Source: Octopus sinensis (Eukaryota). From it: 64,000 nt of DNA. Position numbers and translations under genes: made by a program. Shown here in pieces: positions 1-13,699 of this stretch; the stretch's first letter is position 1; the number at the start of each line of letters is the position of its first letter. The DNA lies in contig NC_043003.1 in assembly GCF_006345805.1 (NCBI RefSeq), positions 92,132,001-92,196,000 on the forward strand, read 5' to 3'. The notes beneath the pieces are model-generated. The model had not been told where the DNA came from. It worked only from the letters and a program-made list of their open reading frames with translations, and did no database searches.

Positions 1-171
1 GATTCTGCGAGAATGTACTGAGAATGACTAGATACTTTAAAGCTAACACAATTTGTTTGACTTATTATCGATAGGGCAAATATTTTAACCTTAAAAATTG
101 CCTGAGTTTAATCTTATTTTCATACTTTTCCAAATTTTATTTTTTAACTTTGTTGATAAATTTTAACATTA

Positions 172-177
172 TTATTA

Positions 178-259
<82 letters not shown>
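172..259. repeat. (TTA)n microsatellite flanking a 550-bp element
   Basis: Perfect TTA run; the array resumes at 807-970. Confidence 0.95.
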
Positions 260-802
260 GTGTGAGAGAGCAGAGCATGCCATCAAAGTGACACTGGGGT
301 AAATATACAATACCCATCATGATTACCCGTCTGATAAGGGTACACTAGGCACATGCATCACAACCATATGTGAGCGTCATGGTGATCTCATATCAAGATA
401 AACAGCACATGAACTTGCAGTTGGGGCCCAGTTAGAATTTTCTTCTGGTCGAGTAATCCATCCCGCTCAAAAGGACCCTGAATAAGGGTTGTTTAAGGAT
501 GTTGAACGAAACACCCATGTTTCCAGAGATGAATTATTCAAACCCAAAGGATTTGTCTCTATTCATGGTTATGATGCTCTCCCACTACTTTTACATGTGA
601 TCAGAGATGCACATATCGTCAGCTACCAAGGAACATGCTCAACTAGTTAAGGTCAAACAACTGACAGGCAAATCTGCGGTATTGAGCAGAATATTTGCTG
701 TAGCCCATCTTTTATACCAGGACAAAACAATGTACATGATAACACTTCCAATCAGGTAAGATCAGAAGCCACGAGAACCACTGCCTGGTACTGCATTAGG
801 AC

Positions 803-806
<4 letters not shown>
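260..806 (-). mobile_element. ~550-bp non-coding (TAA)n-associated interspersed element, copy 1 (full length)
   Basis: Aligns with copies at 23734-24260, 56559-57012 and 57812-58369; flanked both sides by TTA/TAA arrays. Confidence 0.85.
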
Positions 807-869
<63 letters not shown>

Positions 870-895
870 GTTGTTGTTGTTGTTGTTGTTGTTGC

Positions 896-956
<61 letters not shown>

Positions 957-970
957 GTTATTATTATTAT

Positions 971-2744
<1,774 letters not shown>

Positions 2745-2919
2745 TATTATTATTATTATTATTAAATCCATAAACAGCAGGGAGTTCACTCTAGTTTTTA
2801 TTAATTTATGATCTACTAGTATTGTCAAAACAATAAAAAAAATTATCTATGAAATTTATTACAGTACAATATGATATGCTTTAAATTTGTAGGCAAAAGA
2901 TTCCTGTCTTTTGCAAGTA

Positions 2920-4150
2920 TTTTTTTCAGCACAGAAAAACTGCGTTCTGTAGCAGCTTATGTTGCTTGGCATTGTATCAAATTTGCATTTGTGTGGGTGA
3001 AACTTTAGGGTACATTAGTTGAATTATTGAATTGATTTGGTCTTTATTGAATGTAAAATCAATATAAGTCATGATGCAACATCGTAGATGGTGAAGGCTT
3101 TCAAAACCAACTCTTTCAACTGCACATAGTTTGAACAAATTCGATGTGGTTAGTCCTGATCTCAGGGTTTCATACAGCTTCTTTTGCTCACTGCTCCAAA
3201 ATGCATTCGTCCTCAAAAGTCTCTACAATTTTTGTAATTTCTTTAAGGTTTTTGGCATAGTAATTTCAAGCACCCAACGTTTTTTTTTTACAGTAGCAGC
3301 TTTGACAATGGCAATCAGACAATCGACTGCAGAAAAGGAAGCCCTTATTTTTAGAGCACAGTTGTGCAGTAGATGGAAAAAACAGGTTACATGGAAGAGT
3401 TTAGGCTACATAACTTGCAATGTCTCTCCAGCAACTACCATATACCAAGCAACATCAGAGGAGAAACTTTGTTTTTGGAACCGCCATACTTCTTAGCAAA
3501 TCAGCGATGATCTGAGCAATGACTGTATCAGAGCTGATTCGAGTGGTAAACATTATATTAAGAACGTTTTGAGAATTTTCAACTGAACCAATTAATACAT
3601 TAGCAATTTTTTGTCATCGATCTCACTTTCATCAACAATTAAAAATACATTTCGGTCAGCCGGGCATCTGATCAAAATGCACTAAACATGTTAACATATT
3701 TCTGGCAGCTCTTGCAATTTTCAATCGTATTTTGCCTAAGCTTATCAACATATTTTCGGCACGTAAATTGAAATGGCAATGCCTTATTGATAGAATCAAA
3801 GAGTCTACTCAAACTTGAATTAGTGAGTCCAATGTCTGCAACAGGAAACACATCAGTCACCATTGCGCCCCCAAATTTATCGTTTTCGGTAAATTCAATC
3901 GATTTGATAAATGTCGGTTCACTTTTGGTAGTGTTTTAAAAAGTTTTGATGTTTTTTGTTCATTTTGTGCAACTCAACAAAATGCCATTTATCGCATTTG
4001 ACATTAGCGTGGTACAGCCTGCATTTTAACAGGTTACTGTGAGTCGGTACAAATTCTTTTGATACTTTTTCTGTAAATTCAAGGGCTTTTGCCTTCTGAG
4101 CTGTTTTTGGCTTTGACAGCTGAGTTAAGAATAAGAAAATCATAATAATC
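2920..4150 (-). pseudogene. Decayed hAT-superfamily (DUF659/CGGBP1-like) transposase
   Basis: Minus-strand fragments SDVAWYMVVAG..PKLFHVTCFFHLLHNCA..VDCLIA.VKA and VADIGL...LFDSI; many stops and frameshifts. Confidence 0.6.
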
Positions 4151-5579
4151 AAAATTGAAACTACTTCGAACAGGCAAAAAGCAGTTCAGTAAAGCAATGA
4201 CAAAAGAACTCTACAATCTACTTCAAAAAGCTCCAGCAATGCAACAGCGAAAGAAAATGACTCAATTCAATTAACCTCGGATAAAAATTTACATAATATT
4301 TAACAACAAATTTAAACGATACAGAAAATATACTTTTTGGAATATTATTGAGAAACACCTAGCAAACTGTACATTTACGTATAATGAAAAGAATAGCAAG
4401 GAAATGGTAAATTTAAAATACCTAAATAACAGGTGAAAAGAATTAAAACTTTAAGTAAATACATATACAAAAGGATGGTAATAAATTATTCTATTCTCAA
4501 AGAAGCTTTTTTCATGATCAAATAATCAATATTAGCTATTGGTATCGATCAACAATAACTAATATTGTTAAAAGTATCTTGAAGTGAGAACGTTTAACTT
4601 CCAGAAAACTATACGGACATACTGGACTTTTGTTTGTGATCAAATGACTGGGCGCACATGGTGTCAAATCATTTTCAGCATCGAAGGTTAGGACAAACCA
4701 TAGGGAGTGCTAGAAATAACTCCGAATTGGTAGTCCAATACAACAACTCTACTAAAAGTTAGCAGAAATATATACATCAAATTTTGGTCTAATAATTTAG
4801 GTCTAATACATAAAGATATATATCAATGAATTTATTTATTCTTTTGAGTATCTAATATAAAAAGTTCTCGTTTGTGAAATTTTATATTTTAAAATCTTAA
4901 TTTAAGCTCATTGCCCGATTTATTTTTATTAACTTGAAACTGTGATTAATTATGATGATTCATCGTTAAAAAACCTTATCCTTTCTTTTTAATCTTGAAA
5001 CGAACGTTTTTATGAATTTTAACTTATTTTCTGAACTATACATATTCCTTCCAGACATTGCCTTTGGCGATTTTTTGTTCTTTTCTTTAGAAGATGAAAA
5101 TGAACACAAACAAATCTCATACATACAATTGAAATTTTCCCACTCTTAATTCTGTTGCTGTTGAAGTTATAAGAGTGCATACAGTTTTGGTATCATGCAA
5201 CAACAACAACAACAAACAAAAATTATTTCAGAAATAGTTGTCTGCTGTCCGCGGACACACACGCACAAACACATACATGCAGATACAGATGCACTATACA
5301 TGCACTTATTTGTATGTAATGGATGTGCATGTTTCTTTAGTAGACAAGTGTGCATTTGATTACTTTTTATGTACATGTGTGTGTGTGTGTGTATGCCGTA
5401 TACACAACTGATTGGTTGGAAAAGGAAAGTAAATGTTAATTCCAAGAAACGCAAACAGAATCTTTTGTGCATTTTGCAAATGTTCAGTTTGTGAGCGGTA
5501 CCATTAGTTACTGTTGTAACAAGCAAGAGTGTCCGTATATTGGACCATATTCACGGAAGGGATACAACGAGAGAGGGAC

Positions 5580-5684
<105 letters not shown>

Positions 5685-6249
5685 AACAAAAACGAAGAAA
5701 GGAGAGCACGCGCGCGAGAGAGGGTGTATGTTAATTCTATGAAACAGAATCTTTAAAATATTTTACAAATCCCGCTTTGTGTCTATGTTTGTCCCCCATT
5801 ATCGCTTGACAACCGATGTTGGTGTGTTTACGTCCCCCTAACTTAGCAGTTCTGCAAAAGAGGCCAATAGAATAAGTACCAGACTTTAAGGAAAAATATA
5901 AGGTATTGGGGTCGGATTGGTCGATTAAAATCTTTCAAGGGGTACCCCAGTATGGCTACAGTCTTATGACTGAAACATGTGTGGTGTGTGTCTGTGTGTG
6001 TGTGTATGTGTGTAAGTGCGTATGTGTGTGTGTATGTATAAAGTCAACTGGTGAGATGTAGAGATGATAAATATAGAAATTGCGTAAATGATTTTAAATT
6101 CGAAGTTCAGAGTAAAGAGTGGCTACAAGAGAAATTCGGGTGAGTTGATATGGAGATAGTGATACAGATAAACAGGATTAGGCTTGATATATAAATTTAC
6201 ACGCGTTGCAAAAACACATATAAATATATTCTTTTATTTTTTTTTTATT

Positions 6250-6452
6250 CCTTTCCTTATTTCAGTCATTTTGCCAGCGGCCATGCTGGAGCACCACCTT
6301 TAGTCGAACAAATCGACCCCAGGACTTATTTTTTTGTTAGCCAAGTACTGTCGATTACTTTTGCCGAACCGCTAATTTACGGGGACGTAAACACACCAAC
6401 ATCGGTTGTCAAGCGATGAAGGGAGGACAAACACAAGGAGACACACACACAA

Positions 6453-6492
<40 letters not shown>

Positions 6493-6562
6493 GACGGGCT
6501 TCCTTCCGTTTCCGTCTGCCAAATCCCGAGGCTATAATAGAAGACACTTGCCGAAGGTGCCT
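6250..6562 (-). mobile_element. tRNA-derived SINE family A, partial
   Basis: Matches the full copy at 39057-39480, including the internal TA/CA microsatellite. Confidence 0.8.
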
Positions 6563-8143
6563 TTCTTATTTTAATAGACCATAAACCAAATTTCAAAATA
6601 AAGCTACTTGTAGATCGCTAAACCCAGCAGCTCTGAAATTGGGGTAGTAGCTAAAAAAATACTAAGAAACATTGATAATAAAATTAGAGAGAACACTGGG
6701 CTTCAACAATAGAATAATAGTTTTACTGTAGTAGATTGGTTCAAGAATATTAAGATTAAGAATAAGGCTAGATTCGCTCAGTTTGTCATTATAAGTTTTT
6801 ATCCCTCCATATCTAGATCACTACTTGATAAAGCCATTGGGTTTACTAAATCATATGTTGATATAGACCCCTTAGACCTGGATTTTATCAGGCATGCGAG
6901 AAAACACTAGTATTTAGTAAGGAATTAGCATGGGTAAAAAAAGGTCGAATAATGATGAATTATTTGATGTAACTATGGGGTCGTACGATAGTGCTGACGT
7001 CTGCGACATTTTGGGTCTCTTTGTATTAAACACATTGAGATCCAAGTACTCATCTCTCGATGTTAGTTTATACTGAGACGACGGTTTGGATATTTCCCAT
7101 CGCAGTGATGGCCACACCCTTGATAAACAACTTATTTCTATCTTCAGTCAATTAGGCCTTAAAATCAGTAGCTACTAATCTGTCTATAGATGATTTCTTA
7201 GATGCTTTCCCAGACTTGAACTCCTCCTCTTATAAACATTTTCATAAGCCTAACGAGAAAATCGCCAATATACATACACAGGCTTATCATCCTCCTGTAA
7301 TACTTAAAAACTTGATAGCTAATATGAGTAAAGGAGTGTCTTACTTCTCTTCCTCTAAAGAAATTTTCGAGAAAGTAACCCCTTACTATAATAATGCCCA
7401 AACCAATAGTGGCTTTAAAGATAAATTAATATACAACCCTTCTAATATTAATCAGAATAATAATAAACCTAAAAATAGACCAAGGGAAACTATTTGTTTC
7501 GCCTCTCTTCCTTTTCCATTAACGGAAAATCTAACGTAAGTAAAGGATCCCCGTGTCTCTTAAACATTTTTCAGAAAATCACAGATACAGGGTAATATTT
7601 AACAGGCGTTCTGTGAAATTATTACATAGATGTTGCCCCAATAGGAAGAGTATCATTACACGAGGTCAACACCAAGAGCCTAAATCTAGTTGTAACTGTT
7701 GAGGCCCAGAAACCTGTCTATTTGACCAGTGATATATGATTAAATCCGTCATATATGAGGCCGACGTTACTGCAACGCTAGATGATAACACAGCCGATAA
7801 GAAGAGCTATATCGGACTTTGTGAAGGAGAATTTAAGAATCATTATACTAATCGCATGTCTTCCTTCCGACATAGGGATAAAAGCAAAGCTACTAGGTTC
7901 GCTAGCCATGTATGAAGTTTGAAATCTGACGCAACTCCACAGTGGAAAATAATCGAACAATCCACACCGTGTGTTAACGGATCAAAAAATTATAAGCTAT
8001 GCTTTACTGAAAGAGTTCAGGTCCTTTTCAGATCTAAGATCGCTAACTCACTGCTGAACTCTAGATCTGAAATGTTCAGTGGTTGTAAGCATATGCCTCA
8101 GTTCCTGTTGAAGAATTGGGAAGTTCATCTTTTATCTGATTAA
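6563..8143 (+). mobile_element. Decayed Penelope-like element (Naiad-type signature): RT plus GIY-YIG
   Basis: FDVTMGSYDSADVCDILG, LY*DDGL, CNC..C, VIYEA..SYIG, KLC..E..LLNSRSE..CKH motifs; frameshifted. Confidence 0.8.
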
Positions 8144-8320
8144 TAACTGTACCATAAACTTTAAGCAACTATTTTTTCAGCCTTATAATTTACGGTCTAA
8201 AGGAGATAACTCCTTCTCCCCATTTAGTTTCTTTTTGATTACTTATTCGTTTTCCCTTTTTTTTCACTTTTTCACTTTTTCTATACACTTCCTTCTCGCC
8301 TTTTCTCATTTCTTCTTTCA

Positions 8321-8483
8321 TTTTTAGTTCGTTATGCTGTGTAGGCTGTGCCTGATGACTATTATGAAACAGACGTGTTATAAAACATTTTTTGGCTTGT
8401 TCTGAGCACATGAAAGTTTTAGTAGCACATAAAACATGTATTGTGTTTATCATATATATATATATATATATAGTATATAATAG

Positions 8484-8539
<56 letters not shown>

Positions 8540-9427
8540 GTTTAAATATTTGTTGTGCAAGATTTTTTATGTGAAGTCGTGTGTTGAAACAGATATTGTT
8601 GTATTTCGAATGGTCATTTTGCCAGTTTAGCCAATAAAACACACGTACTATATTTTTGTGTTACTTTGCTTCAGTGTTATTTATTTTTACATTAATCTTA
8701 ATCTTATTTCGGCCAGAGTTCTTTCGTCACACTCCGTGACCGCATCAGTGGTCCTTTGTTTTCTTCTTACTTATTTGTGTCTCTCCTTACTAACCGTCAG
8801 CAATTTTGTATTTCTATTGTATGTCTTCATTTGCGCATGCTTATATCTCTATGTGCGTTTATGTTTATTTAGTGTGTGTATGTGGGGGATGCTTGTAATA
8901 TTTGTATCTTCTGTTTATATATGTTCATGTAATTTGTAATTTTATATGTTCATGTAATTTGTTCATGTAATTTGTATTTTGTATTTTGTGCTAAAACTTT
9001 CATGTGCTCAGAACAAGCCAAACAATGTTTTATAACACGTCTGTTTCATAATAGTCATCAGGCACAGCCTACACAGCATAACGAACTAAAAATTACATGA
9101 ACATATATAAACAGAAGATACAAATATTACAAGCATCCCCCACATACACACACTAAATAAACATAAACGCACATAGAGATATTAAGCATGCGCAAATGAA
9201 GACATACAATAGAAATACAAAATGGCTGACGGTTAGTAAGGAGAGACACAAATAAGTAAGAAGAAAACAAAGGACCACTGATGCGGTCACAGGAGTGTGA
9301 CGAAAGAACTCTGGCCGAAATAAGATTAAGATTAATGTAAAAAATAAATAACACTGAAGCAAAGTAACACCAAATATATAGTGCGTGTGTTTTTATTGGC
9401 TAAACTGGCAAAATGACCATTCCGAAT

Positions 9428-9437
<10 letters not shown>
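8321..9437. repeat. Composite inverted repeat A-(TA)n-B...A'B' of pLTR-like sequence
   Basis: 8321-8422 is the reverse complement of 8991-9091; 8593-8935 is the reverse complement of 9090-9437. Confidence 0.85.
9272..9316 (+). ncRNA. Hammerhead-like fold, core CUGAUGC (A9C); mirror copy at 8711-8754 (-)
   Basis: cca CTGATGC G GTCAC aggagt GTGAC GAAA gaac TC tgg. Confidence 0.5.
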
Positions 9438-9488
<51 letters not shown>

Positions 9489-10101
9489 ACACATATTGTA
9501 TACACGCATATGTTGTGTAGGATTTAACTGTGCTGTAGATATCATCAGTTACCCGGTATGACAGCGCCACCTATAAGCATTCGAGCCAGGTCTCCTGTCT
9601 GAGGATAACTTTTTTGCCATTCCTCCCTCAATAATCTTAGAAACCCTGAAAATGTCACGAACACTCTCGGAAAAATATCTCAGAAAATGTCATAGACATT
9701 CCTCCTCTAACTAAATAATGTAAAGAATGAAAATAAACAGCAAAAGAATTCATCTTTTTTACTTCATCAATAGGTTCATATGCACTTGGAATTCGTCTCT
9801 TATACTAAAAGGTTAAACCGACTTACGCTTGACGTCACAATGGTAAAAACCATATGAGTAAGCTAGGTTAGTGTACCAGATGACTATAGAAGGGACGGTT
9901 ATATGCGTCGTGAAAATAATGTACGATGTTAATGAAAAGGATTTGGAATATACGTCATTAGAATTTGACTTAATTCTTTCCAGGTGTGTTTAATGACAAA
10001 ATGAGTTTCATACATACACATGAGTATTTATTTTCTTCTTTCTTTTTGGCTTTGGTCTTTCTTAAAAAAGTTCTGCGTTCGTGCTAATAGTTAACAGTTT
10101 C

Positions 10102-10139
<38 letters not shown>

Positions 10140-10238
10140 GGAGGTAGGCGCATGAATGCTTGCATAAGCAGGGTAATTGGATTTGAAGTGTACGTATGTG
10201 TGTATGTATGTATGTATGCATGTGCATATATATATATA

Positions 10239-10284
<46 letters not shown>

Positions 10285-10391
10285 GTATATATGTGTGTAT
10301 GTATATATATATTCATATAATATACGTGTATAAATATATATATATCTATGTATAATATATATATATATATGTGTGTGTATGTATATGTGTG

Positions 10392-10434
<43 letters not shown>

Positions 10435-10481
10435 ATATATATATATATATACATGTATATATATAATATACATGAATAAAT

Positions 10482-10529
<48 letters not shown>

Positions 10530-11217
10530 GCACATGCGCACACACATGCTGGGCTGGTGTGTGTGCGCGTGGTGTGTGTGCGTGATGTGTGTGTATGTGT
10601 TTGTATGTGTGTGTATCTGTGTGTGCGTGCGTGTGTTGGTACGTGTAAATGGGACATATTTGTAAAGTTTCTGAGATAATAAAAATAGAATACTCGGAAT
10701 TGCAACTTTTATTTTCAATATTACATAACATATATGGTATACACATACATTACACACACCCACATACACACACACCCACATGCACACACACGCGCATAGA
10801 CGCACACATACATTCGTTGTCTTCTTCTCTCTCACCTTCCATCTGTCTCATATCAGCCTAGTTCACATATACCTACATGTATATACATACATACATACAT
10901 ACATACATACATACATACATACATACACATACATATACATATACATAGATTATATATATATGTGTGTGTGTGTGTACATATATATGTGTATATATACGTG
11001 TGTGTTTATTATCAATGTTTCTTGGTATTTTTTTAGCTACTACCCCAATTTCAGAGCTGCTGGGTTTAGCGATCTACAAGTAGCTTTATTTTGAAAATTT
11101 GGTTTATGGTCTATTAAAATAAGGAAGGCACCTTCGGCAAGTGTCTTCTACTATAGCCTCGGGATTTGGCCGACGGAAACGGAAGGAAGCCGGTCGTGTA
11201 TATATATATATATATAT

Positions 11218-12313
11218 ATAGTGTAATAAATAAAATATATGCATACGTACAAACATATATGTACGTACCGACATCGTCATGTATATATACATGCATATAT
11301 AAATATATATACGTACAGGACACCACAAGAAGACGTAAAAATCAACAGAAACGAAAACGGAAAACCCATTTTGTTACAACGGAAGAACAGAGACGTGGAA
11401 CAAGACGAAACGAAAACGGGAAAAACAATTATGTACAGCAGAAAAACGAAGTACAGGACATGCTGCACAAGGAAAAATCCCCTTCATCAGCTGTCGCTAG
11501 CAGACATAGCGTGTTTCGAAGGCAAGACATGACACGTCTGGTCATGCTAGGCCTTCCTACGAGAGAATTAAAATAAAATAACCTCGTAGAGGGGTAAAAC
11601 GAGCAAGAAAAAAATGTAACACAAAAAGGGACGTAACAAAGAACTGCACGAAAAAATACAAGAAAATAAATACAAAATTAAAGATACATGTACAAGAAAA
11701 TACAAAACGAGAATTAAATTACAATACGAGAAATCACAATAAACAAGAGAACAAACGAAAAAGACGAACGAAGGCCTTTGTTCTGGCGGGGACGAGAAGG
11801 TAACTGGCGAGCGCGAGGAAACATGACCTTATGGCCTGAATGCAACAGGCGAAAGGATTAGCAGTGACGAAAGTGAGGAGGAGTGGGAGAGAGAGAGAGA
11901 GAGAGATAGATAGAGGAAGACAAGCGGCTAAAGAGAAGGGTGAGGCAGAGAGAGAAAGAGGGAGAGAGAGAGAGGGAAAGGCAAAGCAAAGGGAGAGAAT
12001 TTCACCTCATTGTAGTAAACTGTAAAACAAACTGGGATGAAAGAGACGGAACGAAGTGAGAATTCGAAAAATCGAAAATTCAAACGAACCCGACGCGAAG
12101 CGCTGTCAGACAATAGTGTAATAAATAAAATATATGCATACAAAGAAACATATATGTACGTACCGACATCTACATGTATATATACATGCATATATAAATA
12201 TATATACGTACAGGACACCACAAGAAGACGTAAAAATCAACAGAAACGAAAAACGGAAAAGCCATTTTGTTACAACGGAAGGACAGAGACGTGGAACAAG
12301 ACGAAACGAAAAC
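11218..12313. mobile_element. ~1.1-kb non-coding element with ~200-bp terminal direct repeats
   Basis: 11218-11418 is nearly identical to 12113-12313 (period 895); flanked by TA runs. Confidence 0.75.
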
Positions 12314-12482
12314 TGGAAATATATATATATGTATTTGTGTGAAAGCACGTGGTTGGATGTATAAAAGACAAAATAGAGTGAAAAAGCTACAGGAGACTTG
12401 TGTTATATGGTTAAAGAATATATTTAAATCGTTATGTTAGAAAAATGTTATATAATTTTGCGTATAGTAACATAGTATTTGG

Positions 12483-12520
12483 AGAAATAACCGGTTTCTT
12501 TTCAAATTTATCAAATTTCT
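12483..12520 (-). ncRNA. Minimal type I hammerhead-like fold, U3:A8 core
   Basis: agaaat TTGATAA atttgaaaa GAAA ccgg TT atttct; 6-bp stem I, palindromic ACCGGT stem III, weak stem II. Confidence 0.5.
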
Positions 12521-12571
12521 TTACTTATATCGTGTCATGTCTTCGCTATGTTGTGAAATATATATATATAT

Positions 12572-13017
12572 TTGGCTGCTTGCTTCTCTGGAGGCTGTCA
12601 GAATGATGTGGACGCCTCTGATGAGAACCCAATATGACTCAAAAATAGATTACGGTGGTCCATCATTTTTCAGTCTGCGGAGAAATGGCTAAAATCGTCC
12701 CTGTTTATAATTATACCATATGTTACATATTTATTATATCATACCTTGGTACTGTGTGGACTAGGATCCCCGTTGACAGGCCATTGGTATTTATAGAGTG
12801 TTAAACACTTTCGGTATGCAAATTAAAAACTCCTTCATATGTTGAGTATATAAACAGCTTGGCTGCTTGTTTCTCTGGAGACGTCAGAATGATGTGGACG
12901 CCTCTGATGAGAACCCAATAAGGTTCGAAAATCGATTAAGGTTGTTCCTAATTTTTTTCAGTGTGCGGAGAAATAGCAAAACTTTGCCCTGATTAAAATT
13001 ATACCATATGTTACATA
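12572..13017 (+). mobile_element. Retrozyme-like tandem unit (period ~287 bp, about 1.5 copies)
   Basis: 12572-12729 repeats at 12859-13017; each copy carries a hammerhead motif. Confidence 0.7.
12896..12948 (+). ncRNA. Minimal type I hammerhead ribozyme, canonical C3:G8 core
   Basis: gcct CTGATGA GAACC caataa GGTTC GAAA atcgat TA aggt; palindromic stem III AATCGATT. Confidence 0.8.
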
Positions 13018-13084
13018 AATATAAGATCCAAGAATTGAAGTGTAGGGAGAAAATTATCCACTCCATTCCTTAACTCTTGTATAT

Positions 13085-13430
13085 ATGATTGTGGTTAAGA
13101 AGTAGACTGCCTTAATAACGCAATTCCGAGTTCAGTCCCAAGGCGTGCTACCTTGGCCAAGTATCTTTTTATATAGCCTCTGACCTGGCAAAGCCTCGTG
13201 AGTAGATTTGATGCATGGAAACTGAAAGAAGCCTATCGTAATATATATGTGTGCGTGTGTGTGGGTATGTGTGCATGCGTACGTGTGTGTTTGTACCTCC
13301 TTATCTTGATTGTGTGATAGTTGTAAACAAGTGTCGCAGTCAAACAAGCGTCTCTTTCGTTCCCAATTTCCATGAAAGCTCCTATGGCCATGGGAAAAAT
13401 ATCCTACTTGGAAACAGGTGAGTGCTGTTA
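13085..13430 (+). mobile_element. Diverged SINE family A-like copy
   Basis: ccttggccaagtatctt...gaaactgaaagaagcc matches family A. Confidence 0.6.
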
Positions 13431-13699
13431 AGGGTACTTGTGCGTGTATCTATGTGCATTGCACAGTTTAAGTTTTCTTAATAGGAAAGTAATAGAACCA
13501 ACAGTCTGATCTATTCTTGAATGGCCAAGTTTATCTACAAACTATTTCTGAATCCTAAAGCATAACAAAAGCCAACCTTATATACAAAGAGTAGGTTTTC
13601 GGAGCCACAGGTGAAATTTGATTTAATCTTAGATATTTCATATTGTTTAAAGTGGAACAAAATGTACAAGAACGACCGTAAAAATAATCAACTTATCAA

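Noticed and set aside
7070-7735. TGA codons in the Naiad-type PLE as selenocysteine
   Set aside because: They align with Arg or other non-Cys positions (LY*DD, CNC*), consistent with CGA-to-TGA CpG decay
8345-8385. CTGATGA ctattat GAAAC hammerhead candidate (mirror at ~9030-9065)
   Set aside because: No stem II pair and no stem I complement; at most a degenerate remnant
10062-10835. Long ORFs such as the 257-aa one here, 273 aa at 27584 and 156 aa at 38242
   Set aside because: Translations of stop-free micro- or minisatellites (YIYI, LSIY, RYTATH), not genes
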